From assembly GCA_950097015.1 (NCBI GenBank), contig CATNEN010000038.1, positions 4,712,001-4,776,000 of the forward strand: a stretch of DNA of 64,000 nt, in the 5' to 3' direction. Each line of letters begins with the position of its first letter. Position 1 is the stretch's first letter. The translations under genes and the position numbers were made by a program. The notes under the pieces are model-generated. The model saw only the letters and a program-made list of their open reading frames with translations, had not been told where the DNA came from and made no database searches. The stretch comes from Macrostomum hystrix (taxonomy: Eukaryota; Animalia; Platyhelminthes). Of the stretch, positions 48,101-57,353 are shown piece by piece.

Positions 48101-51073
48101 GCCGTCACTACAATGGCTGATAAGTTGTAAACATTTTAAAATAATATCTAGATCTTCTGCTTTGAGTGGCGTCGACTGGTATCGATTAGCAATCTGATTG
48201 ACTACCTGAGCATAGTCGGCGGCCTTGAAACTTTCTCTGACACCTGCAGCTTTCAGAAACGGTAAGTATTGCTCTTCGTTTAACTCGCGTGGAAGAACAA
48301 ACAAAAATGGAGGAAGCTCGCTCTCCGAGTTATGTCGAGTCACTTGTCCAGGTCGAAGAAACCCAGTGCGCGACCAAATCACAGTAGCATTCTGGTGTAG
48401 CAAGCTTGCGATGTCTTTGTCGTGAAGCATCCTAGAGCGAATTTTATCACTAAGATGCCGATAGACGCACTGGCTCAGTCGAAGAGTTTCCTCGTTTATC
48501 AGTTGAGTACGAACAATAGCCGTCAGTTGCTGGCCGGAAATGGCCGGAGTGATATCCGCCAAACTGAGCACACCGATCTGACTCAATAAACTACCCCGTC
48601 TGCTTATAGAGACATCCCGCAGAACCTCACAATCAAGAATCAGCTGGGAAGCGGACACCAAGTCTTTGCAATCGGCATGAAATAGCTTGCTTGGCTTAAC
48701 AAGTTTGTTGGTCGGGTACTTATCAGATTGCCAGCTAACGCAAGAGTTCGCTGACCTTCTCAAAGCCGGCAAAAAGGCGACAGTTCTCAGGGTGCTAAGC
48801 TGGAGCTTGAATTTCAATTGTGACGAATCTAAATAGCTGAGCAAGACTACAGTTCGATCCAATCTCTTCTCTCCAGACAGTCGGGCCAGAGATTGTGCGC
48901 GGTCCAGCACTTCGTTCCAAGTGAGATCTTTGCGAAGTCCAATCAAACGCAAGGCCTTCAGACGTTCGTCTGTTTGTAGTGTGAGATGAGGAAAAACTAG
49001 TTCGTGTTTATCGTACAACCCCGCTGCTAGGCAATTCGGATCCAGCAATTGGGACGGACTGCAAAGCGAATTAAGCACGTTAGGAATGCAGGAGCACCGC
49101 TTCATTTGATCTACCACCGCTTGTGTCACCATCTCAGAAGCTCTGTCCCATGTGATTTTTCGGCTTTTACTGCAGTTATCGAGAATGAAGGTTAGTACTT
49201 TAAGGCAATCTTCGGTCTGACCAGAATTCCACAAACCAGCCATTCTCTGAATAAAACCAGTCAGCAGCTTCTCGGCAGATAGCTGGCGCGCCAGAATTTT
49301 ACTCATCAACTGCAGCTGCTCGACCGTACGTTCAACTCCTTCAGTCAGCTTGGCGACACCCTCGTTCTGGCCCACGATCTTCGTGGCCAATCGGCCCAGG
49401 CATTCAGAAACTTCGCCCAGAGACAAAAGACTGGGGTCCAGAAAAACAGTCATGCTCAGACTCTTCCAACCAGCTGAAGTGTGAAACAGCGGAGTCTCAC
49501 TGCTAAGCAGGTCAGAGTAGAATTTCTCGATGAGTGGTCTCCACACAGCCTGAGTAGCGCTCTCAAATCGAGGCCACATTTGCAGAAAAATTTCAGGATT
49601 AGCTATCTGCAGCTGAGTCAGAGTTCTCAATGAGTCAATATAGGCCGCACAAATGACATCTGTAAGAAGCACACGATTCCACTGGCCAGGGCTCCAAGCG
49701 TCCTGCTTCTCATCGACTGTGACCTCATTGAGGTGGCGTCTGCTTGAAGTGACGGAAAAGCTGGCATTCAGCAGCACTGGAAATGGGTTTTCGACTGGCA
49801 GTGGCAGGAAGCAGAACAGCGTGGACGCCGGCTGGCTGTGACGAGACAGCGGCACCATTCTCTGCGATTCGTAGATAGCCAAGGCCACTGCTCCTACAGG
49901 AGCCAGGCCAAGCTGACGCTTCTTTATCGACATCGCCAAGGATTCTCCGCTGCCAACGGCTGCGCAAACGAGCCAAACTCTGCTGGACGCTGCAGCTGTA
50001 ATGCGAAATTGGTCTTTTGCTGAACTGCCAAGAACAAGCTTGAGTTCAACTGTCATCTGACTTCTCGATTCCTGCTGAGCTACAGTGTCGTCCTGCCTAC
50101 CAGATTCAATAAGTAGTTCAGCAACTTTGAGTGTAGAACACTGAGCAGCGAGTTGCTGCGTATCTTGTGAAATATTTGCGAGTGGAAGCCGGGCCAATGT
50201 CACCGAATGGCGTTGAAAGTACTTTAAAGGGCACTTTTTAACAGAAAAAACTAGCTCTGCATCATTTCTCGGATCAACGGCATTCGAGGGCAAATACAGG
50301 CACCTAAGCTCCTGTACAGTCTGAGTGAACAGAAGTATTGTGTCTGCCTGGTCGGCAAGCAGTTTTAGCAAACCCCGCATCTCTTTATCTGAGTAGACAC
50401 GGTTGCAGATTTTCGACTTTCTCGCTTGATCTTCCGTGCGCAGAGGCAGCCTTAGAAGAGTGCCGTTGAAATTGCCTCCTGTGGCTGCTAGGTTGCAGCT
50501 CAAGACTCCGGCGTAAGGCGCCAACTGATTAGAGAATGTCTTTAATAGGGCCTGCTTAATTTTGAAATTCAGTTCCACGCCAGTGTTTCTGCTCTTTTGG
50601 CTGGCATACACAGCCTCCAAGTAGCCATCACCTGCTTGCTCGCCGTGCGGATCGAGAACCAGCATGCGGTGACGGCTGAGGATCTGGGGCACGTCAGTCA
50701 GGTTGTAGACCGAGTTGAAGCCCAGCCCGAACCGACCGACTTTGGCCGTCTTCTCCAGCTTGGTGGCTCCGCTCAGCTGGAGAATGTTGTCAAAGTCCTC
50801 GTCGCTGAATGTGGCATTGTTGTGAGCCCACAGCGCCCGACCCTGACAGTCGGCCATCGCCGGGTCGAGCAGCGACTCGGCGCCTCGTGAGTCGGTGTTC
50901 TCTCGACAGTCGTACACCAGCGTCACCTCGGTAGCGCCCGCATCGTCAGCGTTCTGCAGCAGCTCCTTAGGCACCGCCAGACCATCTGAGTACTCGTCGA
51001 GCAGTCGCTTGAGTCGTCTTGTTAGCGGCTCGGACTGACCGCGCAGTCGCAAGCCGTCTGAAGCTTCCGCCAT
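42128..51073 (-). CDS. Sacsin-like protein, 2981 aa, intronless CDS: two sacsin repeat regions (Hsp90/GHKL-type ATPase modules) and a C-terminal HEPN-like domain
   Basis: GQSEPLTRRLKRLLDEY..KELLQNADDAGA..GRFGLGFNSVY and FGQQEDLTTRLKNII..KELIQNADDAGA..GHYGIGFNCVY. FCFLPLP..PVLLNASF. C-terminal NWACYISWQAAEKAIRALL..SHQL (HEPN-like). Confidence 0.92.
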   Translation of the reverse strand: MAEASDGLRLRGQSEPLTRRLKRLLDEYSDGLAVPKELLQNADDAGATEVTLVYDCRENTDSRGAESLLDPAMADCQGRALWAHNNATFSDEDFDNILQLSGATKLEKTAKVGRFGLGFNSVYNLTDVPQILSRHRMLVLDPHGEQAGDGYLEAVYASQKSRNTGVELNFKIKQALLKTFSNQLAPYAGVLSCNLAATGGNFNGTLLRLPLRTEDQARKSKICNRVYSDKEMRGLLKLLADQADTILLFTQTVQELRCLYLPSNAVDPRNDAELVFSVKKCPLKYFQRHSVTLARLPLANISQDTQQLAAQCSTLKVAELLIESGRQDDTVAQQESRSQMTVELKLVLGSSAKDQFRITAAASSRVWLVCAAVGSGESLAMSIKKRQLGLAPVGAVALAIYESQRMVPLSRHSQPASTLFCFLPLPVENPFPVLLNASFSVTSSRRHLNEVTVDEKQDAWSPGQWNRVLLTDVICAAYIDSLRTLTQLQIANPEIFLQMWPRFESATQAVWRPLIEKFYSDLLSSETPLFHTSAGWKSLSMTVFLDPSLLSLGEVSECLGRLATKIVGQNEGVAKLTEGVERTVEQLQLMSKILARQLSAEKLLTGFIQRMAGLWNSGQTEDCLKVLTFILDNCSKSRKITWDRASEMVTQAVVDQMKRCSCIPNVLNSLCSPSQLLDPNCLAAGLYDKHELVFPHLTLQTDERLKALRLIGLRKDLTWNEVLDRAQSLARLSGEKRLDRTVVLLSYLDSSQLKFKLQLSTLRTVAFLPALRRSANSCVSWQSDKYPTNKLVKPSKLFHADCKDLVSASQLILDCEVLRDVSISRRGSLLSQIGVLSLADITPAISGQQLTAIVRTQLINEETLRLSQCVYRHLSDKIRSRMLHDKDIASLLHQNATVIWSRTGFLRPGQVTRHNSESELPPFLFVLPRELNEEQYLPFLKAAGVRESFKAADYAQVVNQIANRYQSTPLKAEDLDIILKCLQLISHCSDGSLQRENLILLAPDQSAVMLPVSQLCFNNLPWIEAAIVPGGPHFCHKEMSFALCERLKIPSKREAILCQEMQPLPFGQQEDLTTRLKNIISGYPLGRELFKELIQNADDAGASEISFIVDFQSHGTEKVLSDNWKQLQGPALVVHNDSTFSEAEITGVQNLGLGSKRDDAWKAGHYGIGFNCVYNITDAPSFLSDGRVLCVMDPHCRYMPGASVHSPGGMFRKIDHLRHIFQDVFNGYLPDVLTHAGSTVFRFPLRTEEAANESKICEKAVSPEKMKSLFEELKEDLELMLLFLKNLRRVNLCEIAECDGALKSIFTIKAQALDISRSIPIFNDQCKLASRQLLDQPKLELHQRISCSVAYELNTCIFYSNEQSKKEQSWLVCQSLGCQTKSLANKLQKEVACESWRLLPIVGVAAPIQHGNSGTIQGQVYCLLPLPVTTDLPVQVNGHFILDPSRRCLWKSDGDADHKEQWNRLLATDLLPKCYASLLETAKRYASGVDKVRNFYALFPQYNKRDKTIWDELIKMFFKTVIQNRVAIFPVFDELEMQLKWFPLAQSSADIDGRAAFLNPDSKPDPAIKVARRLLFPIIEPDKVHLHRSLESLKSIFVPVADVASIVAFIRGPVCESLRNSLPKDVSETPFQSAEAVVDLLAYLIRKANRQLRILLGTPLAICAGNRLSMLGDDAKPLYLTKYSDLFLHTDSKYELAHDAVASKFFNDEQIMSLLIGSKLFKLFELQDFSRILKLRCPQLFTDANNLPAAAELGLESDSSSDWLKTVWDFLSFSCTTSCSTPKDIVQKLSSTGLGNACLIPVNNSRFACISQAQCVYKAVSEDLDDCSKAVEETLEELNAPSLRIVADLKLIRDLCGNVRKPGTMLRVVEFALNENPKRSPLSESQAVSLILYINNNWRALSDSHEKEKILLDRVRKLPVFVTSDGRCLALNSDPACVLPASLVADEMSTCQGIFLKDNEALKPLYAKLECDEMPEAEVYARFILPMFSNFSDETRLKHLERLCRLSWDFEKLEMEKVSYYKPLIASLRAAKLIPVEGVWKPVNSFFDHRLKVLKKFMSSDKFLPESFREKRWRTLMVSSGLSVRCSADSVIDFARQLAAEGAKSMTQKVQKKSEQLLKFIGELIDLEKALADTEVIRQLSEIPFVLANTDRGLQSLCPSEDVCMTSLSKCVKYESRFLCWTEIPYAPSCVQQRSCLEKFMKQVTDEVIIKHLERLFSAPTFSSSDLPSETRILRQSVMSSVYEKLIEMPPSKKGNLISKLRKVECILINENSRDVFVTAERITFYQKCANPPYILMCPRDFSRFQSLFVQLGATKSATMEQNWMALQRIHDEQQDRLSDEQQRAVGICMSNMIALLERGGKLVDSKLYRTLFLPTKVQQSRSERAHYSHFQLVDSKLLTINDSEGIHKRLAGAPGVQLLDLSFCNLGSDNLRRLYFHLAEDWQLRRLSDNVREKLQSDCLKLCTSAELCEARCNLDAKLKHPVLHQCITSIILHGTSDLSVKGDQTLSAVSTLLSRFSVVCLSELITCLVLNDAEQGDSEEEKNFLLDGQKVLMNHSRIRYDCSDSEGTLWHLDFVDAVLGILKNGFTLSPEQMSNLTLVLLMNSPEGMLSIITRKRISLYERPNQKYTKSNARDASRIGNPVQRFQQCLLNQLPAKPNELLSSRLVAYRNQDGIFQYARVLEKQSTDVKNPWTSWLTVSVGSDSPITAQIFELYSFEDWQNLEPSSPLITEADIEAVLDPLLGAAAELTVEQQQAILQRLLAHYSASHQSHSLVKAQAAKHGWTQKFSDCIDRWRDVAAEVARYRLILMAEDILDVNCTRHRERSHFSGTESFNLNETHGSMSSPASAHDNARSDLNSSGDDLRTVAVLIETCNYNWACYISWQAAEKAIRALLMIQRQPVELSHQLSQHLCRIEGDDLQGSLADHLANLARAIVDGSSERSRMRMMSDASADSEAERAARALQGAQCVVHRVSLEFAE

Positions 51074-51324
51074 CGAGAAACGATGGCAGAATTCGCAGCC
51101 GGGTTGGACGGTAGTAAAATACTAGGACTGCTCTTTACTATGTCTGTTGTATAGATTAAGATAATAAACATATGTAAACTATTTAATTTAACTGCATAGA
51201 AATCGCATCTTGATTACCGTAATGGTTTGCGAGCAGCACTTACAAGGTGCAGTGAGGTATTTTGAGTCTTTTAAATTTTTTTTTTATAAATAAGCAAAAA
51301 AGGAATTCCAAACAGACAGCTCAC

Positions 51325-51460
51325 CTTGCCGAATTGAGGAAACAGTCGTAAGTTCATAAATTTGTTCTCGAATTGCCATCATCTGTGAGCCGCTCTTTTA
51401 TATATAGCAGTTTTGTGCAGTTTATCGGAAAATTTCCAAGAAATTTTGCATTTCCAAGAA
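51325..51460 (-). promoter_or_regulatory. Putative sacsin-like gene promoter: tandem TTCCAAGAA (GAS/STAT-type) sites, kB-like GGAAAATTTCC, TATA box and short non-coding first exon
   Basis: TTCCAAGAA at 51434-51442 and 51452-51460. GGAAAATTTCC at 51427-51437. Minus-strand TATATAAA at ~51404-51397. Donor AAG|GTGAG at 51325/51324. Confidence 0.5.
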
Positions 51461-51870
51461 ATGAAGTACTGCACGTATGATTTAGTCAGTCACTACCAGA
51501 GTGTACGTCCGCGCGTTACCTGGAGTACATTTTTCAGCACGTTAAATAGAAAGCCAAGCACATTGCCCAAAATTTCTCTTTCTGGCAATGACCTCCGTGC
51601 AATGGCCGGCCTTTGCTTAGAATTCGCGCATTTAGGCAAATAATTCATTGAAACCTCGTTTTCATCCAGCATCTTGCAAAGCATAACTCACATCAATTCA
51701 CATTTTATTTCCAAGCTAAGCTTCATCAATAAACAAAAAAGAACAGCGTTCTGGGTGAGCGAAGTACTCAATAATTCAATAAATGCAAGTTAATAAATCA
51801 GAAGTGTCCACTTTCATTGATTCGACCATAAGGACTTTCTATCGAATAAATTAGAATGAGGATATTCAGC

Positions 51871-52240
51871 CTAATTAAAGGAGCATCCCTGGAAGGTGCA
51901 ATTGTGGAAGGCAAACCTGGCACCAACAGAGTAGGCAGCTTCAGCACTGACGTTTACCTCAGTCGAAACGGCAGACTCATCGCCGATCAGTTGCCCTCTG
52001 ATCTCTGAGTCTCTGATCAGTTGCCCAGCAGCATCAGGTTCGGATGGCCCAGCTTCTAGTTCTAGATCATGACGGTTCAGCGCCACCTGGACGGACTCGC
52101 TCGTCTTCTGAATTGACCGATCACGACGCTTAGCTAGGTATCTCCTAGTAGTTCTCTCGCTCAGCAGCTGTCCAGTGATGCTCATTATCTCGCTCATGCT
52201 GTGCCCCACTGCCTCGAGGTTGCAGATCCGCGTGACCCTG
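51871..52240 (-). pseudogene. Crypton-type tyrosine recombinase C-terminal remnant
   Basis: RVTRICNLEAVGHSMSEIMSITGQLLSERTTRRY resembles R-x-T..L..G..I..TGH..Y. The FHNCTFQGCSFN tail is typical of CryptonA/DUF3504-like proteins. Confidence 0.5.
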
Positions 52241-52589
52241 TTTTTGAGTAGAAAATTTGTGATAGTCAGATCATGATTTATCGAAAATATGCTTTGTATA
52301 TTATATGACAAATGGTAGCCTAAAAATGCGATTAGTAATCTGCCAATCTTACCGAATACAATGATTAACTTGAAATCATCAAGTGTTACCATTGTTTGCT
52401 TCACATATTTTGCAAGTCTACAAACGACTTCTGTACAGGTATAGGTAGCAATCTGAAACTGAACATTAATTTTGAACTCAAAGCAGATGGAAAAGTTAAT
52501 TAAATTCAGCAAAGAACTGCATAAAAATTTTAATCTTTTGTGGTTGTCAATTCACCAAGACTGTCATAAAATGTATTTCCTTCTGCACT

Positions 52590-53762
52590 TTATGAATGGG
52601 CACCTTCGCCATCAACGTTGACTTCCACTTCAATGTAGAAGCTGTCATTCTTGACGAATCGATCAGAGTTCTCCAGCTGTTTTGCTTGAACTTTGAACTT
52701 TGCATCGCCGCAGCACACGGACAGATCTTCGCGACTTGACGGTCGCTGGTTGCCAGAGTCGAATCGCACAGTCTTTGAGACGTCATCTGCTCTGTTCTTC
52801 AGATTGACCATCTTGAACGACACGGCGGCCTTCAGCGGCCACTCCTGAATCTCATCGAACTCGTGCTGCATGACCACGAGGTACACGGACACGTGGGTGC
52901 CCTCGCCGGACTCGTTGCCATTCAGAAACAGACGCACTCTGAATTTCCAAGAGTTTGACTCCGAGCGAAAAAATGGTGAGAGGACACTCGTAATTGACCC
53001 TTTCTTGGCCTGGTGTCGGCGCTCGGAGAATTTATTCACCTGCCATTTAAGGACGCCGCCAAAATTTTCACACTGTTCAAGACGTTCATCCAGACCGAAT
53101 AGATATAGTTTCATATGGACGAAAAGAAAGAGCTTGCAGTGTTTCACGTATTCTTTGCGGTTCAGCTTTCGTCCTTTCTTCTTGCATCGAAGACAATAGT
53201 CAGTGAACTTTAGACAGCAGTGGACAGACTCAAGGTTCCTGTGGACCTTGTCCATTTCGCTAAACACCACAGTTTGGTGACAGTCCTTGCAAGTCACTCG
53301 ACGTTGCCGGCACTCGTTACCGAGGTGAGCTTTCATTCGCTTCTTCAGCACCGAGTCCCGACACTGCTCGCAGCTCACTTTCTCGTAGTCGCAGTTCTCC
53401 AGGTGAGAGTCCACATCCCGCCATTTCACCTGCTCCTTGCAGCCGTCGTCTCTGTTCGGACAGAACACGGTCAGCTTGCTGATCTCCCGCCTCGTGGCAA
53501 TGTCTGGAAGGCAGCTGGACTGGCAGATGGAGATCTCCTCGTCCTGGTCTTTGCAGGCCTCGGTGGTGCCCGGACAGAGGCGTCTCTCGGTGGGGTGCAG
53601 CTTGCTCAGCACGCAGGCCTGGCAGATGCGGCAGCCATGCGGAGTCTGGAAGGCGTTAAACAGCGGCCTGGCGCAGCTGTTGCAGCGGAGGTGCGACGGC
53701 ACCGCCTTCTCGTCAGCCGGCTGGGCCAGCGCGGCCTTCTCGGACAGCCCGGGGGTCGACAT
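52590..53762 (-). CDS. Second TRAF-family protein (RING, zinc fingers, short linker, MATH), 390 aa; inverted paralogue of 3913-5574
   Basis: First ~177 aa identical to copy A and C-terminal MATH half near-identical. The middle is divergent and shorter. Confidence 0.9.
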   Translation of the reverse strand: MSTPGLSEKAALAQPADEKAVPSHLRCNSCARPLFNAFQTPHGCRICQACVLSKLHPTERRLCPGTTEACKDQDEEISICQSSCLPDIATRREISKLTVFCPNRDDGCKEQVKWRDVDSHLENCDYEKVSCEQCRDSVLKKRMKAHLGNECRQRRVTCKDCHQTVVFSEMDKVHRNLESVHCCLKFTDYCLRCKKKGRKLNRKEYVKHCKLFLFVHMKLYLFGLDERLEQCENFGGVLKWQVNKFSERRHQAKKGSITSVLSPFFRSESNSWKFRVRLFLNGNESGEGTHVSVYLVVMQHEFDEIQEWPLKAAVSFKMVNLKNRADDVSKTVRFDSGNQRPSSREDLSVCCGDAKFKVQAKQLENSDRFVKNDSFYIEVEVNVDGEGAHS

Positions 53763-54299
53763 TCAGCGCTGCGGATTCGGAAAGCCCGTGGAACTGCTTT
53801 AGAGTAATATCACAACCAGATTTACATAGTTTACCCTTATTTGTTATGAGGCTTTTACTAGGAACAATCCAGCCCTTTCTACTAGGTACTACCTTGTCAC
53901 AAGCTGTTTTGCGTAAATAAGTACAGTACTTGGACTGCCTAAGAATAAAGAGGCTAGACATGCCGCAATGGTCTGCACAGCCCCTTCAAAATCAATATGA
54001 AAACTATGAAAATGAGCTGCAATTAATATTTGGCAATTCCATTTGCTCTTTTTATAATTGCAAACATATAATTTGCATACAGATAGATTCACCTACAGAA
54101 ATGGTTATGAGCTAGCAGTCTCGCAATATGCACAGTGAAGGTACATTTAAATACACATCTGAGATGCACCAGCGCAATGATGAACCCACGGGCGAGCCAT
54201 GGAGAAGCCAGGGCGTGTACCGCGGCTTGTCCATGCAGGTTCTATTTTTAAATCGCTAAAAATACAAGCATTGTAGAATAGTAGAAGCGGTTTCTGACG

Positions 54300-56553
54300 A
54301 ACGCATCTTCAGGTGAGAATCATGGCAATAAATAGCGAGCGATGCCGCTCGCACCGGCGGAGCACAACGCCAGTGAGGTATCAGTCAGATCAGGCCCACG
54401 GGCTAAGGTCTGCGATGCCCCACGCCTGCAGTTCTCTCTTGAGCAGGTCATTGGAGGAGGGTTCCCTCCTGCATGGTAAGCATACCTTAACACGGTATGC
54501 GGCTTGTCCGCAGGCTTTGGCGTCGGGCTAAATCGAGCCCTCCAATGGCCCAGTCGGTCGTGCTGAATGGTCATTGGTCAGACCCCTGGTCTGTACATTG
54601 GCATGGGGAGTAATTCCAGTCGCTAGTGACACCGCCTGTTTTCTTGGGAGCGCGGCTTTGCGGTCTCTTCTTGCCTGTCTTCTTACAGGAAGCCTCTGCA
54701 CCTTTTCTATTTTGCAGCCAATGGCAAACAAACAAAGCGGAAACCAAAAAACTGACCCATGAAGCCATAGCGCCAACGAGCTTACTACCCTGGATAGGGC
54801 CGTGGAGTCATGGATCATGCCAACCGCTACCACCGGGGACACATCGGTGGTATCCGCGAAGCAAAATGCAAGCGGCGCAGACAAGCCTGCCGCACTGGCC
54901 GCTGAAAAACTGCTCAGTAGCACATCTGGAGTGGCCCGTCGGCGGAAGCTGAAAGCCAAGCGGGCGCTGGAAGGAGCGCATTGACCTGGTGCAGAGGACC
55001 CTCTGCCATGTGTAGCACTGCTCACAGGTCCGAGGCGGGCAAGGAGGAGGGCCACGAGCTTCCCGACCCAACTGCAAGGGAGAGGGGGCTGCGGCAACCA
55101 GAGAGGAAAGTGGCCTCCAGACGACTCCACAGAATACCCTCCACGCTTCGGCGGTGAAGAGGCAACCGGCGGTTGTTATTCTGGCAAGGAGGCACGCTTA
55201 AACCATTATCAGCTGAAGCAGGTGAGCCGATCTGTCGATGGGCTCCTGTGGAAGCTTACGTTGAATAGCGCAAGCCTGAGCAACCACTCGAGCGTCATCA
55301 AGGAGTCGTGCTTTCTAATCTGGCCCGGTGACGAGGACTCTGGCAAGCGACTCTTAAGCTGCTGCCAGAGCAAGACTGCAAACAACCCCAGGCCACTGTC
55401 TCTCCCTGTCTTCCACAGGGAAGCGGCGAGGAGCGTCGTCGCCAACACCGCGTACCTCCGGGCTGGACTGGTGGACTGGTAGTGCACGAAACTCTCACCA
55501 GGAACGACGGCTCCTGCTTCACCGCCATCCTTGGGCTTTCTGAGGAGGGTATGCGCAAGTATCCCGACGGAAGCCTCATCAGTGTCGGCCTCTGGAAGAT
55601 GCGCATCCTCAGCTACGAAGCCGACGAAAAGCGTCAGAGTCATGCAACGGGCGGGCAGGCGGCTAGGGCGGAGCAATCTGCCCAGCAGGCGGCGGGGCAA
55701 ACCGCTCAGGCCGCCTGTATGCCAGTCGCGACCAGGCCGATCGCGCCGCCGAAGGTGAGGGCGAGCGACGTCCAGCGCGGTCCACAAAGCGCAGAGGACT
55801 GCTGCGGCATGCGGCCGAGGTCGTCCGAAACTGAGGACCCATCACGTCTGGAGGCCGCTTTCCTTTCTGGTTGCCGCAGCCCCCTGGCCCTGCCCAGGCG
55901 GGTGGGGAAACTGAGGCGGTGGGCCAAGCTCCGACGAGTGGCCCTGCAGCTTATATGTAAAGGGAGGCCAGTGCCACCTATACCAACTGGTCAGGGGCGA
56001 TGCGATGGAGTGGAGCCCATGGAGACCGAGGACCCAAACCCGAAGCCGATCAGCGCCGAGGAGGAGGAAGCACTCCTGGCCGATGAAACTCCCAGACTGC
56101 AATGATGCCGACCGAACTAGGTACCTGGTGTCTGCAGTTAAACGCCTAGCACTGGGGGCGGCGTCAGTGAATCTGAAGCGCACAGCGGAGCAACTGCGTC
56201 CGGGCCTTGTCCTGGTACAAGAAACCTAGGTGACAAACGGTAAGCCAAACAAGGTACCGCATGGCTATGACATTTTTTGCATGGCGGACCCCTAAACCCA
56301 CCCTAGATAATTGATCTTTGCTGCAAAATTCCTGAGACCCGATCTATCAACCGGATACATCTGTGCTATCCAAATGAATCGCCTTATTAAAAAAACTGCG
56401 CTGGTCGCCTCTTCCTATTTACCTGGCGAGAATCCCGTGATCAACTACACCTTAGCCACTTTGGGTGATTACGCCAAAGGGCGCAGGTTCGAGCTTCTCA
56501 TCACCGGTGACGTGAATGCCCACCGCACGCACTGGGGGAGTGTAACACACTAA
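54300..56553 (+). mobile_element. Degenerate 3'-truncated non-LTR retrotransposon (gag-like ORF1 + APE start)
   Basis: GC-rich. ORF1 ends with PMETED..EEEALL. APE fragments VNLKR..LVQET*..SSYLPG..ITGDVNAH.THWGS contain stops. Confidence 0.65.
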
Positions 56554-56563
56554 AAGTGGGGAA

Positions 56564-56795
56564 CGAACCTCGCGCTGGCAGACCGAGACCGGTTTCTGGC
56601 TTGTTTGCCTTCGTCAGTCAGCCATAGCCATAGCCATAGCCACACGCAGTCCTCTCCCACCACTCTTAGTGTGCACAGAAGTCTCTTTTAACCTTGCCAT
56701 TTTCTATGGCGCTACTTTTTTAGTGTTATGTGAGAGTTTTGCAGCCAAGCCTTTGCTTTTCTACTGTTGTCAGTAGTCTGAATTGTATCTCTCAC
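56564..56795 (-). mobile_element. Fragment of the same Merlin family as 23830-24043
   Basis: Reverse complement of gagataaaattcagtctactgacaacagtag...ggtctcggtctgccagcgcgaggttcgttcccc. Confidence 0.8.
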
Positions 56796-57353
56796 AGGGA
56801 GAAAGGAAATCAACGACCGAGGCGAGGAGCGCCTGACGTATGTCAGCAGACATGGTAGCGTTGAAATAACCCCAACGTTCAACAGGCTTGGAAACCAGAA
56901 ATAGCGAGAAACTGCTAAAAATTGTAATTTGATTGTTAGGAATGCGCAATTATTGCTAATTTATTGCAAGTCGATTATAATTTTTAACAACCCGATTGTC
57001 AATTTATTTGGATTTTTTGCTAATAAGTGCAATCAAATTGTTATTCCATCAATCAAATGCAAGCAATTTACGAGTACATTTTCTTCAATTGCTCGCTGTA
57101 GTTTGAAAAGAACTTACAGCGTTTGCACCACAATATTTTATTGGTCTGCAAATAATTTTTAGGCAAAACATGAAACTGATTCACAGTAACTATAGAAATC
57201 GATGGTGGCCAAAATATTAGAGTTAGAAATGCTAATTTCACTAGCCATATTCATGACGGAAACAGTCCGGAATGACCAGATATACACTTGTATATCTTTA
57301 TCAGGGAAAATTTCATCTAGACTGATCGTACATACACTCGTATTTGATAGTCC

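Noticed and set aside
51073-53762. TRAF-B and sacsin as one operon
   Set aside because: The sacsin-like gene appears to have its own TATA box and first exon at ~51325-51404.
57240-57350. Hammerhead ribozyme next to the Penelope remnant
   Set aside because: Only CUGAUAA plus a stem is visible. No GAAA core or stems I/III could be found.
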